A DNA stretch of 64,000 nt. Origin: Ilumatobacteraceae bacterium. Lineage in GTDB: Bacteria > Actinomycetota > Acidimicrobiia > Acidimicrobiales > Ilumatobacteraceae. This document shows, one piece after another, positions 18,042 through 27,789 of this stretch. The stretch's first letter is position 1; each line of letters begins with the position of its first letter. Position numbers and translations under genes: made by a program. The notes under the pieces are model-generated. The model searched no databases and had not been told where the DNA came from. It saw only the letters and a list, made by a program, of their open reading frames with translations. Where the stretch lies: contig JALQYL010000001.1 in NCBI GenBank assembly GCA_023254135.1, forward strand, positions 11,341 through 75,340. The letters are read 5' to 3'.

Positions 18042-18683
18042 ATGTTCGCTCGGTGGATCACAACCATTTTTCTCAAGTGGGATTCATGGATTTCGTTGCA
18101 GGCATCCATCGGACCAACGGATGGTCGCGGCCAGCAATTTGGTCGTTTTGGTGCACGAAGTCTCATCATGTGGAGACCCAACACCATTTTCAATGAGAAG
18201 TACATAGAAATAGGCGAAGACACCTTGATCGGACCAGGTGTGTCCCTCTCTGCTGGCATGGTGCCAGGACAAGAGTGCATCACTTCACCTGTAGTGAAAA
18301 TTGGAGATCGTTGCCTCATTGGCAAAGGGAGTGGCATCGTTGGCCACTTCTCCATCACCATTGGCAACGATGTGTGGACCGGACACCACGTGTACATCAC
18401 CGATCAGAACCATGGATACGAAGAGGTCGACACACCCATTTCACAGCAATCACAGCCAGAACGCCCGGTCGTTATTGGGGACGAAACATGGTTGGGATAC
18501 GGCACCGTCGTGTTGCCCGGCGTGACGATCGGCAAGCACGTGGTAGTGGGCGCTAACTCTGTGGTGACGCATGATTTGCCTGACTACAGCGTGGCAGTCG
18601 GCGCCCCTGCGAAAGTGATTCGTCGGTATGAGAATGGTGAGTGGAAGTCAGTACATCACACGGACAAGTCGAGTGGTGGCTGA
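18042..18683 (+). CDS. hexapeptide-repeat (LbH) acyltransferase
   Basis: Repeated [LIV]G-x4 hexapeptide turns (IGDRCLIGKGSGIVGHFSITIGNDVWTG...). ATG 18042 is preceded by TAGCGT plus 6 nt. Confidence 0.8.
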   Translation: MFARWITTIFLKWDSWISLQASIGPTDGRGQQFGRFGARSLIMWRPNTIFNEKYIEIGEDTLIGPGVSLSAGMVPGQECITSPVVKIGDRCLIGKGSGIVGHFSITIGNDVWTGHHVYITDQNHGYEEVDTPISQQSQPERPVVIGDETWLGYGTVVLPGVTIGKHVVVGANSVVTHDLPDYSVAVGAPAKVIRRYENGEWKSVHHTDKSSGG

Positions 18684-19177
18684 CACGCTTTCATGTCGTT
18701 CTCGCGGGCGAACTTGCCAATACGTTCGCTGATGGGTACCCCTTCTACTTCGGTTTCTGCAAAGAATGGACGACGAGTGGAAGTTCGAAGAGCAACAGCA
18801 AAAGCGCGTCGATCTTTTATGTACGTACGGTAATCCGCGATCCATGCAGGAACGATGGCCTGACCCTTGGGATCGTCTGGGGTGTCCTTGGCGATTTTAT
18901 TGATTGCAGCCTCTAGAGAATCCGTGGCTTTGTCTACAAAAATGGCCTTCCTTTTCAGCGCACTTGAATCGTTGGGATCCATCTCGGTGAGATCCTGCAT
19001 GGCAAAGCGTTGGTCTTCCGCCAGCATGCAGGCGGCCTGTGCTCGCGCCTTCCACGCTTCATCACCGATCTTGTTGATGCTTTCGCGCGGGGCGAAAATG
19101 AATGCGTACACCCACATAGCCGCGATCACGCCACAGATGAGGGTGAGACCGATTCGTACAAACATTGTGCGCTTCAT
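18656..19177 (-). CDS. hypothetical membrane-anchored protein
   Basis: 173 aa with a single N-terminal TM segment (IGLTLICGVIAAMWVYAFIF). ATG 19177 is preceded by TAACAT plus 6 nt. No recognisable motif. Confidence 0.5.
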   Translation of the reverse strand: MKRTMFVRIGLTLICGVIAAMWVYAFIFAPRESINKIGDEAWKARAQAACMLAEDQRFAMQDLTEMDPNDSSALKRKAIFVDKATDSLEAAINKIAKDTPDDPKGQAIVPAWIADYRTYIKDRRAFAVALRTSTRRPFFAETEVEGVPISERIGKFARENDMKACQPPLDLSV

Positions 19178-19198
19178 GATGTGATGTTACGGGTTTCC

Positions 19199-19687
19199 TT
19201 ATTGACGAGCGGGTCGATACGACAGAAACAAATGACACATAGTGAGGGAGAGAGCGATGGGTGCCACCCACGGTCCCCATGATTGAGACATGCTCACCAC
19301 GTGGTCAACGGAGTATTTGCCAGGCCCGATCAAGCCAAGGGCTACCGCCACCACTGCTATCGAAGCGCAGTACTCCCACCCGCCATTGGGAAGAAAGATG
19401 AAATATCCAACCTTCCAGTGAACAGTGATGATGGCCACCAACATAAGAGACACGAAAGCGATGCACGCGAGGGGTGTGAGAAGGCCAATAGCCAGTAGCA
19501 ATCCGGAAACAATCTCAGCGCTAGCAGCGACTAGTGCTTGCATGCGTGGCCATTTCATTCCGATACTTCCAAACCATGATGCAGTGCCCGAAAGACCGTT
19601 GCCTCTGATTTTGTTGAGACCGTGATACGCCATCGAAAATCCAAATGTCAGGCGAAGGAGAAGTAGTGCAATGTCCATACGGTTCAT
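19199..19687 (-). CDS. DoxX-family membrane protein
   Basis: 162 aa with four hydrophobic segments. The N-terminus LLLLRLTFGFSMAYHGLNK is typical of DoxX. Confidence 0.8.
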   Translation of the reverse strand: MNRMDIALLLLRLTFGFSMAYHGLNKIRGNGLSGTASWFGSIGMKWPRMQALVAASAEIVSGLLLAIGLLTPLACIAFVSLMLVAIITVHWKVGYFIFLPNGGWEYCASIAVVAVALGLIGPGKYSVDHVVSMSQSWGPWVAPIALSLTMCHLFLSYRPARQ

Positions 19688-19740
19688 ATCTCCACATTAG
19701 GTGTCACGGGCAGATGCAGCAGGACTGACAGAATGGTGCC

Positions 19741-20487
19741 GTGAAGAGGTGGAGTGCGCGCAGCGGTTCTGTGGTTTCCATTGCATTCCTGCTTGTCTTC
19801 ACAGGTGTCGCGAGCGCCTGCTCAAACCACAATGATTCAATGTGCTCCAATTCTTTCTCGGTCTCCAGCATTTCGACATTGTTGGCTCATGGTCTGGAGA
19901 ACGTGTCTGAATCTCAGTATGCAGACCTTCAGAGCGACATCGAAATTGCCAACATTTTGACCAAGGCCGCTGTGCGGGAAGACAAAGAGAATGTTGACGC
20001 AATTTATTTCGCAGTGAAGCTGCAGAAATTCATTCGAGTGATGAACGGACTTTCCTGGGATTTTTCTGAGGCTTTGCTGAATCAATCAGCATCTGAGGCT
20101 GCGGCGCAACTTGGTTCTGCCGAGTCGCTTCAACAAGCCAATGCCGTGGAGGCCTTTGTCATTACGCGCTGTGGAATGCCCAGCACGGTTCCGTTCGATG
20201 CGACGGCTGACACTCTTCCGCTTCCATACATAGCAAGCCCCACAGCAACGGATCCGTCCACAAAGTCCCTCAATCAAGCATCGGAGCACACTGCCACGGG
20301 CAAGATTCTTGCGGGAATTTACGGAGTCTCAATTTCCGATTCTGAAGCCCAATGCCTAGGTGCGGCTTTGAACGGAGTCGTTGATGCGACATCCGCTACT
20401 GCCAACGCGGATCAATACGCGCAACAGTTTCAAAAGGCATTCGATGTGTGTGGAATCAACGTTCCCACAACTTCGGTGGCAAAGTAG
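19741..20487 (+). CDS. hypothetical secreted protein or lipoprotein
   Basis: 248 aa starting at GTG, with a signal-like N-terminus ending VASAC (possible lipobox Cys). No catalytic motif recognised. Confidence 0.5.
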   Translation: MKRWSARSGSVVSIAFLLVFTGVASACSNHNDSMCSNSFSVSSISTLLAHGLENVSESQYADLQSDIEIANILTKAAVREDKENVDAIYFAVKLQKFIRVMNGLSWDFSEALLNQSASEAAAQLGSAESLQQANAVEAFVITRCGMPSTVPFDATADTLPLPYIASPTATDPSTKSLNQASEHTATGKILAGIYGVSISDSEAQCLGAALNGVVDATSATANADQYAQQFQKAFDVCGINVPTTSVAK

Positions 20488-20517
20488 GGAACAACACCCT
20501 GGCTCTAGGCTGAGTGT

Positions 20518-21204
20518 ATGGAAATTGTGATTCTTCGCCATGCTCAGCCCGAATGGACGAAGGATGGTTTCTCGGTAGACAATCCACCTCTCACCGCGAT
20601 GGGTTTCGAACAGGCTGAATTCTTGGCGCGCGCGTTAGTCGACGAGCGATTCGATGAAATTTTTGTCTCACCACTGGTACGAACTCAACAAACAGCAGCA
20701 CCATTGCTGAAGATGAAGAATTTTCCGTTGCAGATTGCGGAATGGCTGGAAGAAATTCGCAACCCCATTTGGCACGGCACGCCAGAGGAAAAGGCGAATG
20801 AGGCTTGGCGTGCGGAGAAGGCGAAGGCATCGCACGAGCGTTGGACAGGTTTAGATGGCGGGGAAGCCGTGAATGAATTTGTTGAACGCATCAATATCGG
20901 AACAAGCCTTTTCCTGGAAGAGCAAGGGATTGCGCGATCAAATAATGAATTGCCCGTGTGGCATACAAACTCCAGTTTCAACGACGAAAAGAGAATTGCG
21001 CTGGTCGCACATGCAGGTACCGGCAGTGTTGCCATCTGCCACATGCTCGGGTTGCAGCCCACACCATGGGAATGGGAGAGGTTTGTCATTGGCCACGCAA
21101 GCATCAACCGCATAAGAACCTTCCCATTGGGCGACGGCATTACGTTCGGTCTCTCGCAACTGTCAAACAACGAACACCTGCCGGTGCACATGCGTTCCTA
21201 CTGA
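20518..21204 (+). CDS. histidine phosphatase family protein (phosphoglycerate mutase-like)
   Basis: Has ILRHAQPEW (an RHG-type motif) near the N-terminus and AHAG later. ATG is preceded by TAGGCT plus 6 nt. Confidence 0.75.
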   Translation: MEIVILRHAQPEWTKDGFSVDNPPLTAMGFEQAEFLARALVDERFDEIFVSPLVRTQQTAAPLLKMKNFPLQIAEWLEEIRNPIWHGTPEEKANEAWRAEKAKASHERWTGLDGGEAVNEFVERINIGTSLFLEEQGIARSNNELPVWHTNSSFNDEKRIALVAHAGTGSVAICHMLGLQPTPWEWERFVIGHASINRIRTFPLGDGITFGLSQLSNNEHLPVHMRSY

Positions 21205-21238
21205 TTCGTACACGCAATTGTGCGCCTAAAGTGACTAC

Positions 21239-22333
21239 ATGACACAGAATGATGCCATCAACCCAGATGCACTGAAGATGTTCTCGTTCAGCATCTTCAG
21301 CAAACTTGAAGGTGCAGTGACTGCGGGAATGATTCACCTCGGAGACAGACTGGGTCTCTACGCAGCTATGGCGTCTCAAAGAGACGGTGACACTTCTGCA
21401 TCACTCGCCATACGTACCGAGCTGCATGAGCGATGGGTGCGTGAATGGCTTCATAATCAAGTAGCAGCGCGAATTGTCTCCTGTGATGACTTGGCTGCTC
21501 CGCAACCTGTGTTTCGGCTTTCTCCCGAAGCCATCGCCGTATTGGCAACGCCCAACCATCCTGCATACGGAATGGGTATGTTTCATCGACTTCCGCAGAC
21601 CATGGCGGCACTCAATGACATGCCCGAAGCCTTCAAAACAGGGCTGGGACGTGATTACGACTCGCATGGTCCTGAAGGTGCCGTGGGAATTGAAAAAAGT
21701 TTTGAACCTTGGAATCAAAATTTCCTGATTCCAGCAGTTCTTCCCACAATGACGGGGCTACGTGAAGCACTTGAAAACGGTGCCAAAGTTGCGGACATTG
21801 GTTGTGGCGCTGGCGGACTGTCGTTGTTGCTCGGCAAGACATTCCCAAATAGCCAGATCACGGGCTTCGATATTTCTCAATTTGCGTTAGAACGGGCGAA
21901 TGCACGTCTGCAACAAGACGGTCTGTCGAATGTGACTTTCCATGATCCACGTGTGACGCCCATCGAGACAGATGGTTCGTACGATTTCATTTGCACCTTT
22001 GATTGCATTCACGACATGACACACCCCACAGAAATGATGCGCACCATTCGTGCTGCGCTGAAGGACTCCGGTCGATGGTTGTTGGTGGACATCAAGGCAC
22101 ACGACACTCTTGAACTCAATGTCACAAAGAATCCCATGGCCTCACTGTTGTATGGCATCAGCGTTCTCAGTTGCATGTCCTCTGCTATGTCCACGCCCGA
22201 TGGAGAGGGCCTCGGCACTTTGGGACTGTCCGGAAGCAAAGCTGAACATATGGCACAACAGGCTGGGTTTTCACACTTCAATCGACTCGACGTCGATCAT
22301 TCCGTTAATGCTTTCTACGAGATTCGCCCATAA
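21239..22333 (+). CDS. class I SAM-dependent methyltransferase (Rv2258c-like, with N-terminal dimerisation/wHTH-like domain)
   Basis: 364 aa with SAM motif I DIGCGAGG. ATG is preceded by TAAAGT plus 6 nt. Confidence 0.75.
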   Translation: MTQNDAINPDALKMFSFSIFSKLEGAVTAGMIHLGDRLGLYAAMASQRDGDTSASLAIRTELHERWVREWLHNQVAARIVSCDDLAAPQPVFRLSPEAIAVLATPNHPAYGMGMFHRLPQTMAALNDMPEAFKTGLGRDYDSHGPEGAVGIEKSFEPWNQNFLIPAVLPTMTGLREALENGAKVADIGCGAGGLSLLLGKTFPNSQITGFDISQFALERANARLQQDGLSNVTFHDPRVTPIETDGSYDFICTFDCIHDMTHPTEMMRTIRAALKDSGRWLLVDIKAHDTLELNVTKNPMASLLYGISVLSCMSSAMSTPDGEGLGTLGLSGSKAEHMAQQAGFSHFNRLDVDHSVNAFYEIRP

Positions 22334-22340
22334 ATAGAAA

Positions 22341-22382
22341 TAATCCCGGTTTCTCTTTGGATCATAAGAGAAACCGGGATTA
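22341..22382. terminator. bidirectional hairpin between convergent genes
   Basis: Perfect 16 bp stem TAATCCCGGTTTCTCT / AGAGAAACCGGGATTA with a 10 nt loop. On the minus strand it is followed by TTTCTATTTA. It lies between the stops at 22333 and 22405. Confidence 0.75.
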
Positions 22383-22404
22383 TCGATGGAGAGAAGCTGG
22401 CGGA

Positions 22405-23793
22405 TCAGCCGGCAGGCACTGCGAGTGGTGCCGTATTTTTGCAACCATTTACTGCGGCAACGATGCTCGTTGGATCAATCGCATCGCCGCCACCTGGGTG
22501 CACTTCAAAGTGCAGGTGGGGAGTGTTGGTAGCACCGGTCTTGCCGTTGTAGCCCACAACTTGTCCAGCCTTCACTTTTGTGCCCACTGTGATGCCATCA
22601 GCAATACGGCTCATGTGGCCGTAGAAGAAGTAGGTGCCATCTGCGGTGGTCAAGCGAATGCCGTTTCCAGCGAGCTTGTCGGTACCTACGGTATAGATCT
22701 TTGTGATGGTGCCATCGGCCACCGCGTATTCCAGGTTGCCCTCTTTTGCGATGATGTCAACACCAAGGTGGAGACGACCGCCACCACGTGGTGCGTGCCA
22801 TGTGTTCTCGAATGAACATGGACCTTGGATAGGGAACACTGCGATTTGAACTGCAGGAGGAGCCATCACGCCCAACTTGATGGCAGTTTGCGTGTCAAGT
22901 GCGCCTGTAATGGCAAGTCCTTGTGCTGCCTGAAACTTCTGCAAGGCAACAAATGTTGCGCCACCGAAGATGCCATCGATGCCGCCTTTCACTTCAATTC
23001 CAGAAGCAACCAATGCCTTCTGAACAAGGCGTACGTTGTCGCCCTTGTTGCCACGAACTGGCAAGGTGGTGATGAAACTGGACACCGAAGCAGCAGACAC
23101 GTTTGCAGGAGCAACTGTGGTTGAAGGTGCTGCTACTGGCGCGATCAACTTGAGAGCAGCGGCAGTTGCGGGGTCGAGAAGACCGTTCACTGGCAAACCC
23201 TTCGTGGTTTGGAACGCGGTGATTGAGGCAGTGGTACCCGATCCGAACATGCCGTCAATGCCACCTTTCACGGCAATGCCAGCTGCAGCGAGAGTCTTTT
23301 GTACGAGAAGAACGTTGTCGCCCTTGTTGCCACGAACAGGAAGGTTTTGGACCGTGAACGGAAACTGTGTGGCAGCCACAGTGGTTGTGGGGGCAACGGT
23401 GGTTGTTGGTGCCGTAGTTGTTGTAGGCGCGATTGTTGTGGTTGTCGCTTCGGCCACCTTCAATACGCGTGCCGTGTCAGCGTCAACAACACCGCTCACC
23501 TTGAGACCAACAACCTTCTGGAATGTCTTGAGGGCCCTGAGTGTCGTGTTGTCGAATACGCCGGTGGCGCCGCCCTTCAAGGTGAAACCATTACGGATGA
23601 TTGCTGTTTGAACGGCAACAACATGAGCACCCTTTTCGCCGAACTTTGGCTGACCAGGAGCTGTCTTTGCAGTGGCATTGCTGGCCTGCACGGTTGCGGC
23701 GCTCGCAACGCCTGGCAATGCGATGAGTCCCATCGAAGCGATTGCTCCTGCAACTGCCATGCGAATGATGATGTGTGAACGGTTGTGAGACAT
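22405..23793 (-). CDS. secreted peptidoglycan hydrolase: four PG-binding (PG_binding_1-like) repeats plus a C-terminal M23 metallopeptidase
   Basis: Has a signal peptide, four repeats of the G-x-V-x-LQ...L...G.DG.FG...T..A...FQ type and a Thr/Pro-rich linker. M23 motifs are HLGVDI and HLHFEV. AAGGGAG lies 8 nt upstream of the ATG. Confidence 0.85.
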   Translation of the reverse strand: MSHNRSHIIIRMAVAGAIASMGLIALPGVASAATVQASNATAKTAPGQPKFGEKGAHVVAVQTAIIRNGFTLKGGATGVFDNTTLRALKTFQKVVGLKVSGVVDADTARVLKVAEATTTTIAPTTTTAPTTTVAPTTTVAATQFPFTVQNLPVRGNKGDNVLLVQKTLAAAGIAVKGGIDGMFGSGTTASITAFQTTKGLPVNGLLDPATAAALKLIAPVAAPSTTVAPANVSAASVSSFITTLPVRGNKGDNVRLVQKALVASGIEVKGGIDGIFGGATFVALQKFQAAQGLAITGALDTQTAIKLGVMAPPAVQIAVFPIQGPCSFENTWHAPRGGGRLHLGVDIIAKEGNLEYAVADGTITKIYTVGTDKLAGNGIRLTTADGTYFFYGHMSRIADGITVGTKVKAGQVVGYNGKTGATNTPHLHFEVHPGGGDAIDPTSIVAAVNGCKNTAPLAVPAG

Positions 23794-23999
23794 CTGTCTG
23801 CTCCCTTGTTGATCCGGTTAAGGGATCGGCAGGGTTGAGCAGAACTTGAGAGATTTATCACGGAAAATGTTGATATGACCACGCTGAGTGGTCTTAGTGG
23901 GCGATCAACCACAATCTGTGATGGATGCAGGTACTAGGGCGGTCTAGTTCAAGCCAAAGAGAGCCCAGAATGAAGGGCAGGCCCAGCTGGGCTCAGGGG

Positions 24000-25160
24000 C
24001 TATTTCTGGTAGCCGTCTGCAATTCCGGTGAATCCCGAAGGCGCATGGGCTCCCAATACGAGTGTTTCCAGGATTCCGATTCCTTGGTGGACGGAACCAT
24101 CGGAATTCGTACATGTCACTCGACTAAGGGTTTGCGTGTGGAGATTTGTCATCGCCATGGGGTCGGGCACCGGCACGGTAAACCGATCTCCTGTGGATTC
24201 CAGTTCACCCTTCCAAAACCCGTGACCCCATTCGGGGTGAAGATAACCGAGGCCCGACATTTGGAAGTGGGTAATGGGCTCAAAATGCAGGTGTGACTCC
24301 CCATTGGCAAACGTGTAGTCCAAATCAAAGGCAACCGATCGACGCGTGCCGTGTTCCCACGAATATTTGTATGACACCGAATGGGCATGCTTGATCGTGT
24401 CGGGGCCAATCATCATCGCGCCCGATTCGTGCCAACGTTGACCATCTGCGTACTCGTTCACATCGAACACGGTTCCGAAATTCTCGAAACACACGGGTGC
24501 CCACAACCAAAAGAATTGTGGGGGCAAGTTCAACGGTGCGCCCAATTGCACGCGTTCTCCCACGCTGCGGATTCCCCATGAACGATCCCGAGAGCCAACA
24601 AAATTCGCTGTGTCGACCTCCATGCGCTTGCCGTCGACTTCCACCCATCCAGACCAGGCACCGAGCTGGGTGAGACGCGTGTATCGCATGGTCACCCTGT
24701 TGCCTGCACGCACAAGAAAAGGTGGTTCCTCATAGGGAAGGCTCGATGCGTGGTAGGTGAGTTCGGCTCGAACTCCGTATTCAGGCGCATTCACTGCGAG
24801 TCGATGTTCTTGCATTGGAACCACCACATCGATCGTGATGGGGCCGACGTGTGTGCACTTCATTCGGTCTTCATGTGCGCGTGCCGAAGCACGCACATTG
24901 ATTTGTTCACCAGCCACAATGATGCTGAAAGCAGCATCCATCACGTGTCGATTGGGGTACAGACCCATGGCAGCAGCGAAGAACACACCTCCGTCCTTGG
25001 AATAACCGTTGTAGAAGTAGCGGTCGTAATGTCCAGGGTCGCCACCTTCTGTATGGGCGATGGGCTCGGAGGTTTGATGGATCGGATAGTCGTCAAACGA
25101 AGTGATCATGTATGTGACCGTAGTCATTTCGAAGGTCCCACCGTGAATGGGACGACTCAT
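24000..25160 (-). CDS. hypothetical protein
   Basis: 386 aa uninterrupted ORF. No motif I can name, and it appears soluble. An alternative start is ATG 25127. Confidence 0.5.
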   Translation of the reverse strand: MSRPIHGGTFEMTTVTYMITSFDDYPIHQTSEPIAHTEGGDPGHYDRYFYNGYSKDGGVFFAAAMGLYPNRHVMDAAFSIIVAGEQINVRASARAHEDRMKCTHVGPITIDVVVPMQEHRLAVNAPEYGVRAELTYHASSLPYEEPPFLVRAGNRVTMRYTRLTQLGAWSGWVEVDGKRMEVDTANFVGSRDRSWGIRSVGERVQLGAPLNLPPQFFWLWAPVCFENFGTVFDVNEYADGQRWHESGAMMIGPDTIKHAHSVSYKYSWEHGTRRSVAFDLDYTFANGESHLHFEPITHFQMSGLGYLHPEWGHGFWKGELESTGDRFTVPVPDPMAMTNLHTQTLSRVTCTNSDGSVHQGIGILETLVLGAHAPSGFTGIADGYQK

Positions 25161-25183
25161 GCCTCAGCACATATCCTCGGCGT

Positions 25184-26047
25184 ATGGCTCGTCTTTCTCC
25201 CACCACATATCGCGTTGTGACGGGCACGGCGTTTGGGTCCCTGTGCACCATTGTTCTCACCGGCGCATTGGTGCGATTGACAGGATCCGGACTCGGGTGT
25301 GTGGATTGGCCGCGTTGTTCGGAAAGCAAATTCATTGACGTATCGACGGGACACACATTCATTGAACAAGCCAACCGATTGTTCACAGGAGTTGTCTCTT
25401 TCAGCGTGATTGCAGCCGTTCTGCTGTCGCACCTCACTACACCAAAGCGCAAGGATCTCATATGGTTGTCCTGGTCCCTTGTCGCAGGAGTTGTGGCGCA
25501 GATAGTGATTGGTGGAGTTGTTGTGCTTACCGGTCTGAATCCGTTCGCCAACATGGCTCACTTCTTGGTGTCCTTGGTGTTGGTGACAGCCTCTTTTGTA
25601 CTCATGCGGCGCGCTGGTAACACCACATCTACTTCCTATATACGAGCACTTCCATCACCGCTACTTCGGAACGTCTATGTGCTCTTGGTATTCGCTGTAG
25701 TCACGTTGGTGACTGGCACCGTGGTGACGGCGACAGGCCCGCACGCCGGCAACGAAGATGCCGTGAGGCTCGGCTTCTCATTGAGTTCTGTTGCGCGAAT
25801 TCACAGCGTCTCCATGATCGTGACTCTGGGCGCGGTTATCTATGTGTTGGTGATGAGCCGGCGTGTCGCCAATGATGCGGCGATCGAAAGCACCCAAACC
25901 TTGCTCTTTGCCACTTTGCTGCAGGCTGCCATTGGCTATACCCAGTACTTCACGCATGTTCCAGCAGCATTGGTGGCCGCCCACATTGCTGGGGCACTGT
26001 TCTTCTATGTATCAGCGCTCAACATCATTGTTCAGCCGTCCACTTGA
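25184..26047 (+). CDS. ctaA: heme A synthase (COX15/CtaA family)
   Basis: Has LVRLTGSGLGCVDWPRC near the N-terminus and multiple TM segments with conserved His. ATG is preceded by TATCCT plus 6 nt. Confidence 0.85.
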   Translation: MARLSPTTYRVVTGTAFGSLCTIVLTGALVRLTGSGLGCVDWPRCSESKFIDVSTGHTFIEQANRLFTGVVSFSVIAAVLLSHLTTPKRKDLIWLSWSLVAGVVAQIVIGGVVVLTGLNPFANMAHFLVSLVLVTASFVLMRRAGNTTSTSYIRALPSPLLRNVYVLLVFAVVTLVTGTVVTATGPHAGNEDAVRLGFSLSSVARIHSVSMIVTLGAVIYVLVMSRRVANDAAIESTQTLLFATLLQAAIGYTQYFTHVPAALVAAHIAGALFFYVSALNIIVQPST

Positions 26048-26059
26048 TACTTTTCTGAC

Positions 26060-26866
26060 ATGAGCCAGTCAGACGAAGTCCTCCTTGAAATCACCGATCA
26101 CATCGGCGTCATCACGCTGAACGCCCCGGGTCGAATGAACACCATTTCTTCTCGCATGCTTGACCAGTTGTCGGAGAAATTTCTGGAGGCAGACAAGAAC
26201 CCTGCCGTACGTTGCATCATTCTCACTGGAGCGGGAAAGGCATTCTGCGCGGGACTGGACCTTGGCTCGCAGGCAGGCAAAACCGAAAAGCTCGGAGTCT
26301 TGGACGATACAAGTTCCAACATGAGCGAATTCGATCTTCGCAATGCGCCGCCCATTGTTCTGCACAACATCGATACTCCCGTTGTGTGTGCGTTGAATGG
26401 TGGCGCTGCCGGTTACGGCCTTGATATCGCGCTCGGATGCGACATTCGCATCGCAGCCGACAACGCAAAAATGGCTCCGGGTTTTGCCAAGCGTGGAATT
26501 CTTCCTGAAAGTGGCGGTACATGGTTGTTGCCTCGCATCGTTGGCTATGCCAAGGCAGCACAAATCGCATTCACCGGTCGCACACTGCCTGCAGACGAAT
26601 GTTTGGAGTTGGGCCTGGTTAATTCAGTAGTGCCCGCCGATCAGCTCATGGACGCAGCTTTCGAACTTGCCGGAGAAATTGCTGGGAATGCACCTCTCGC
26701 CGTACGTGCCATCAAGCGAATGATGCGTGCCGCCGAAACAGAAACCTTCGAGCAAAACGTGCATCATGTGTTCCTGCAGTTGCTACCACTGTTTCGCACC
26801 AGCGACTTCAAGGAAGGCGTTGCATCGTTCATTGAGAAGCGCCCGCCGAACTTTACGGGTCGCTAG
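26060..26866 (+). CDS. enoyl-CoA hydratase/isomerase (crotonase) family protein
   Basis: 268 aa with GAGKAFCAGLDL oxyanion-hole region and a crotonase-length fold. ATG is preceded by TACTTT plus 6 nt. Confidence 0.85.
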   Translation: MSQSDEVLLEITDHIGVITLNAPGRMNTISSRMLDQLSEKFLEADKNPAVRCIILTGAGKAFCAGLDLGSQAGKTEKLGVLDDTSSNMSEFDLRNAPPIVLHNIDTPVVCALNGGAAGYGLDIALGCDIRIAADNAKMAPGFAKRGILPESGGTWLLPRIVGYAKAAQIAFTGRTLPADECLELGLVNSVVPADQLMDAAFELAGEIAGNAPLAVRAIKRMMRAAETETFEQNVHHVFLQLLPLFRTSDFKEGVASFIEKRPPNFTGR

Positions 26867-27789
26867 ATGCGAGGGGCCGAAGCCTTGAGCAAACGGTCCA
26901 GCACAGCTACCCCCAGAGCGTCCTCACGGGGCTTGATTGCGAATACCACTGTTTCGCCTCGCAGGTCGCACTGTCGAAGCACGTGGTACATGTTCATTGC
27001 ATATTCTTCTGAATCATAAAAAGACATGAGATGCCATTGCTGATTGGTCAGTCCGCGACTCATGGCAAGGGATTGTGCTTCGTCAGAACTTGAGACGATG
27101 ATCAATTCTGCATTCGGTGCATAATGTGACAACAACATTCCTGGTGCTCGAGATTCACCGTTCACCAACGAAACAGTGAGTCCTGTGGCTTGCGAAATTT
27201 GTTGGGCCGAGATTCCACCTGGGCGCAAGATCGAGATCGATTCACCCACGCATTCAACGATCGTGGATTCAACTCCGATGGAGCATTGACCCCCATCCAG
27301 AATGCAATCCACCGTGTTTCCCAAATCGTGTGCCACATGTTCTGCAGTTGTCGGGCTCACCTTTCCAAAGCGATTGGCTGAAGGAGCCACCACCGCATCG
27401 TCCACTTCTCGCAACAACTGTTGTGTCACCGTGTGCGCTGGTACACGAAGTGCCACGGAGTCACGGCCTCCCGTCACCCAAACACCTATATGTTGGGTAC
27501 GAGGCACGAGAAGTGTGAGTGGACCGGGCCAGAAGAGTTCAGCCAGTCGTTCGGCACTCTCGTTGAACTCGCCCCAATGTGAGGCGTCAGCATCGGGGGA
27601 GAGATGCGCTATGAGCGGGTGGTTTCGTGGGCGACCCTTGATGTCAAAGATGCGACCGACGGATTCCTCCAAATCTGCCCGAGCGGCAAGTCCGTACACG
27701 GTTTCTGTGGGCATGCCAATGACGCCTCCGCCATTGAGAATGCGGGCCGCTTCTTCGACGTTCGTTGTTATGTACCCGGCGTTTTTCAT
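26863..27789 (-). CDS. tsaC: L-threonylcarbamoyladenylate synthase (TsaC/Sua5 type with C-terminal Sua5 domain)
   Basis: 308 aa with the GGVIGMPTETVYGLAA motif. Confidence 0.85.
   Translation of the reverse strand: MKNAGYITTNVEEAARILNGGGVIGMPTETVYGLAARADLEESVGRIFDIKGRPRNHPLIAHLSPDADASHWGEFNESAERLAELFWPGPLTLLVPRTQHIGVWVTGGRDSVALRVPAHTVTQQLLREVDDAVVAPSANRFGKVSPTTAEHVAHDLGNTVDCILDGGQCSIGVESTIVECVGESISILRPGGISAQQISQATGLTVSLVNGESRAPGMLLSHYAPNAELIIVSSSDEAQSLAMSRGLTNQQWHLMSFYDSEEYAMNMYHVLRQCDLRGETVVFAIKPREDALGVAVLDRLLKASAPRI

Noticed and set aside
23380-23460. Short tandem-like DNA repeats (GGTTGTGG/GGTTGTTG units)
   Set aside because: They encode the Thr/Pro-rich linker of the M23 protein on the minus strand. 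This is not a CRISPR array or a non-coding repeat.
23794-23999. Possible cyclic-di-AMP (ydaO-type) riboswitch in front of the M23 cell-wall hydrolase
   Set aside because: Reading the minus strand, I could not find the conserved G-rich/ACGGGGA-type and pseudo-symmetric elements of that motif. Only a probable terminator-like palindrome (GCCCAGCTGGGC region) and small hairpins are present. A covariance-model scan would be needed to be sure.
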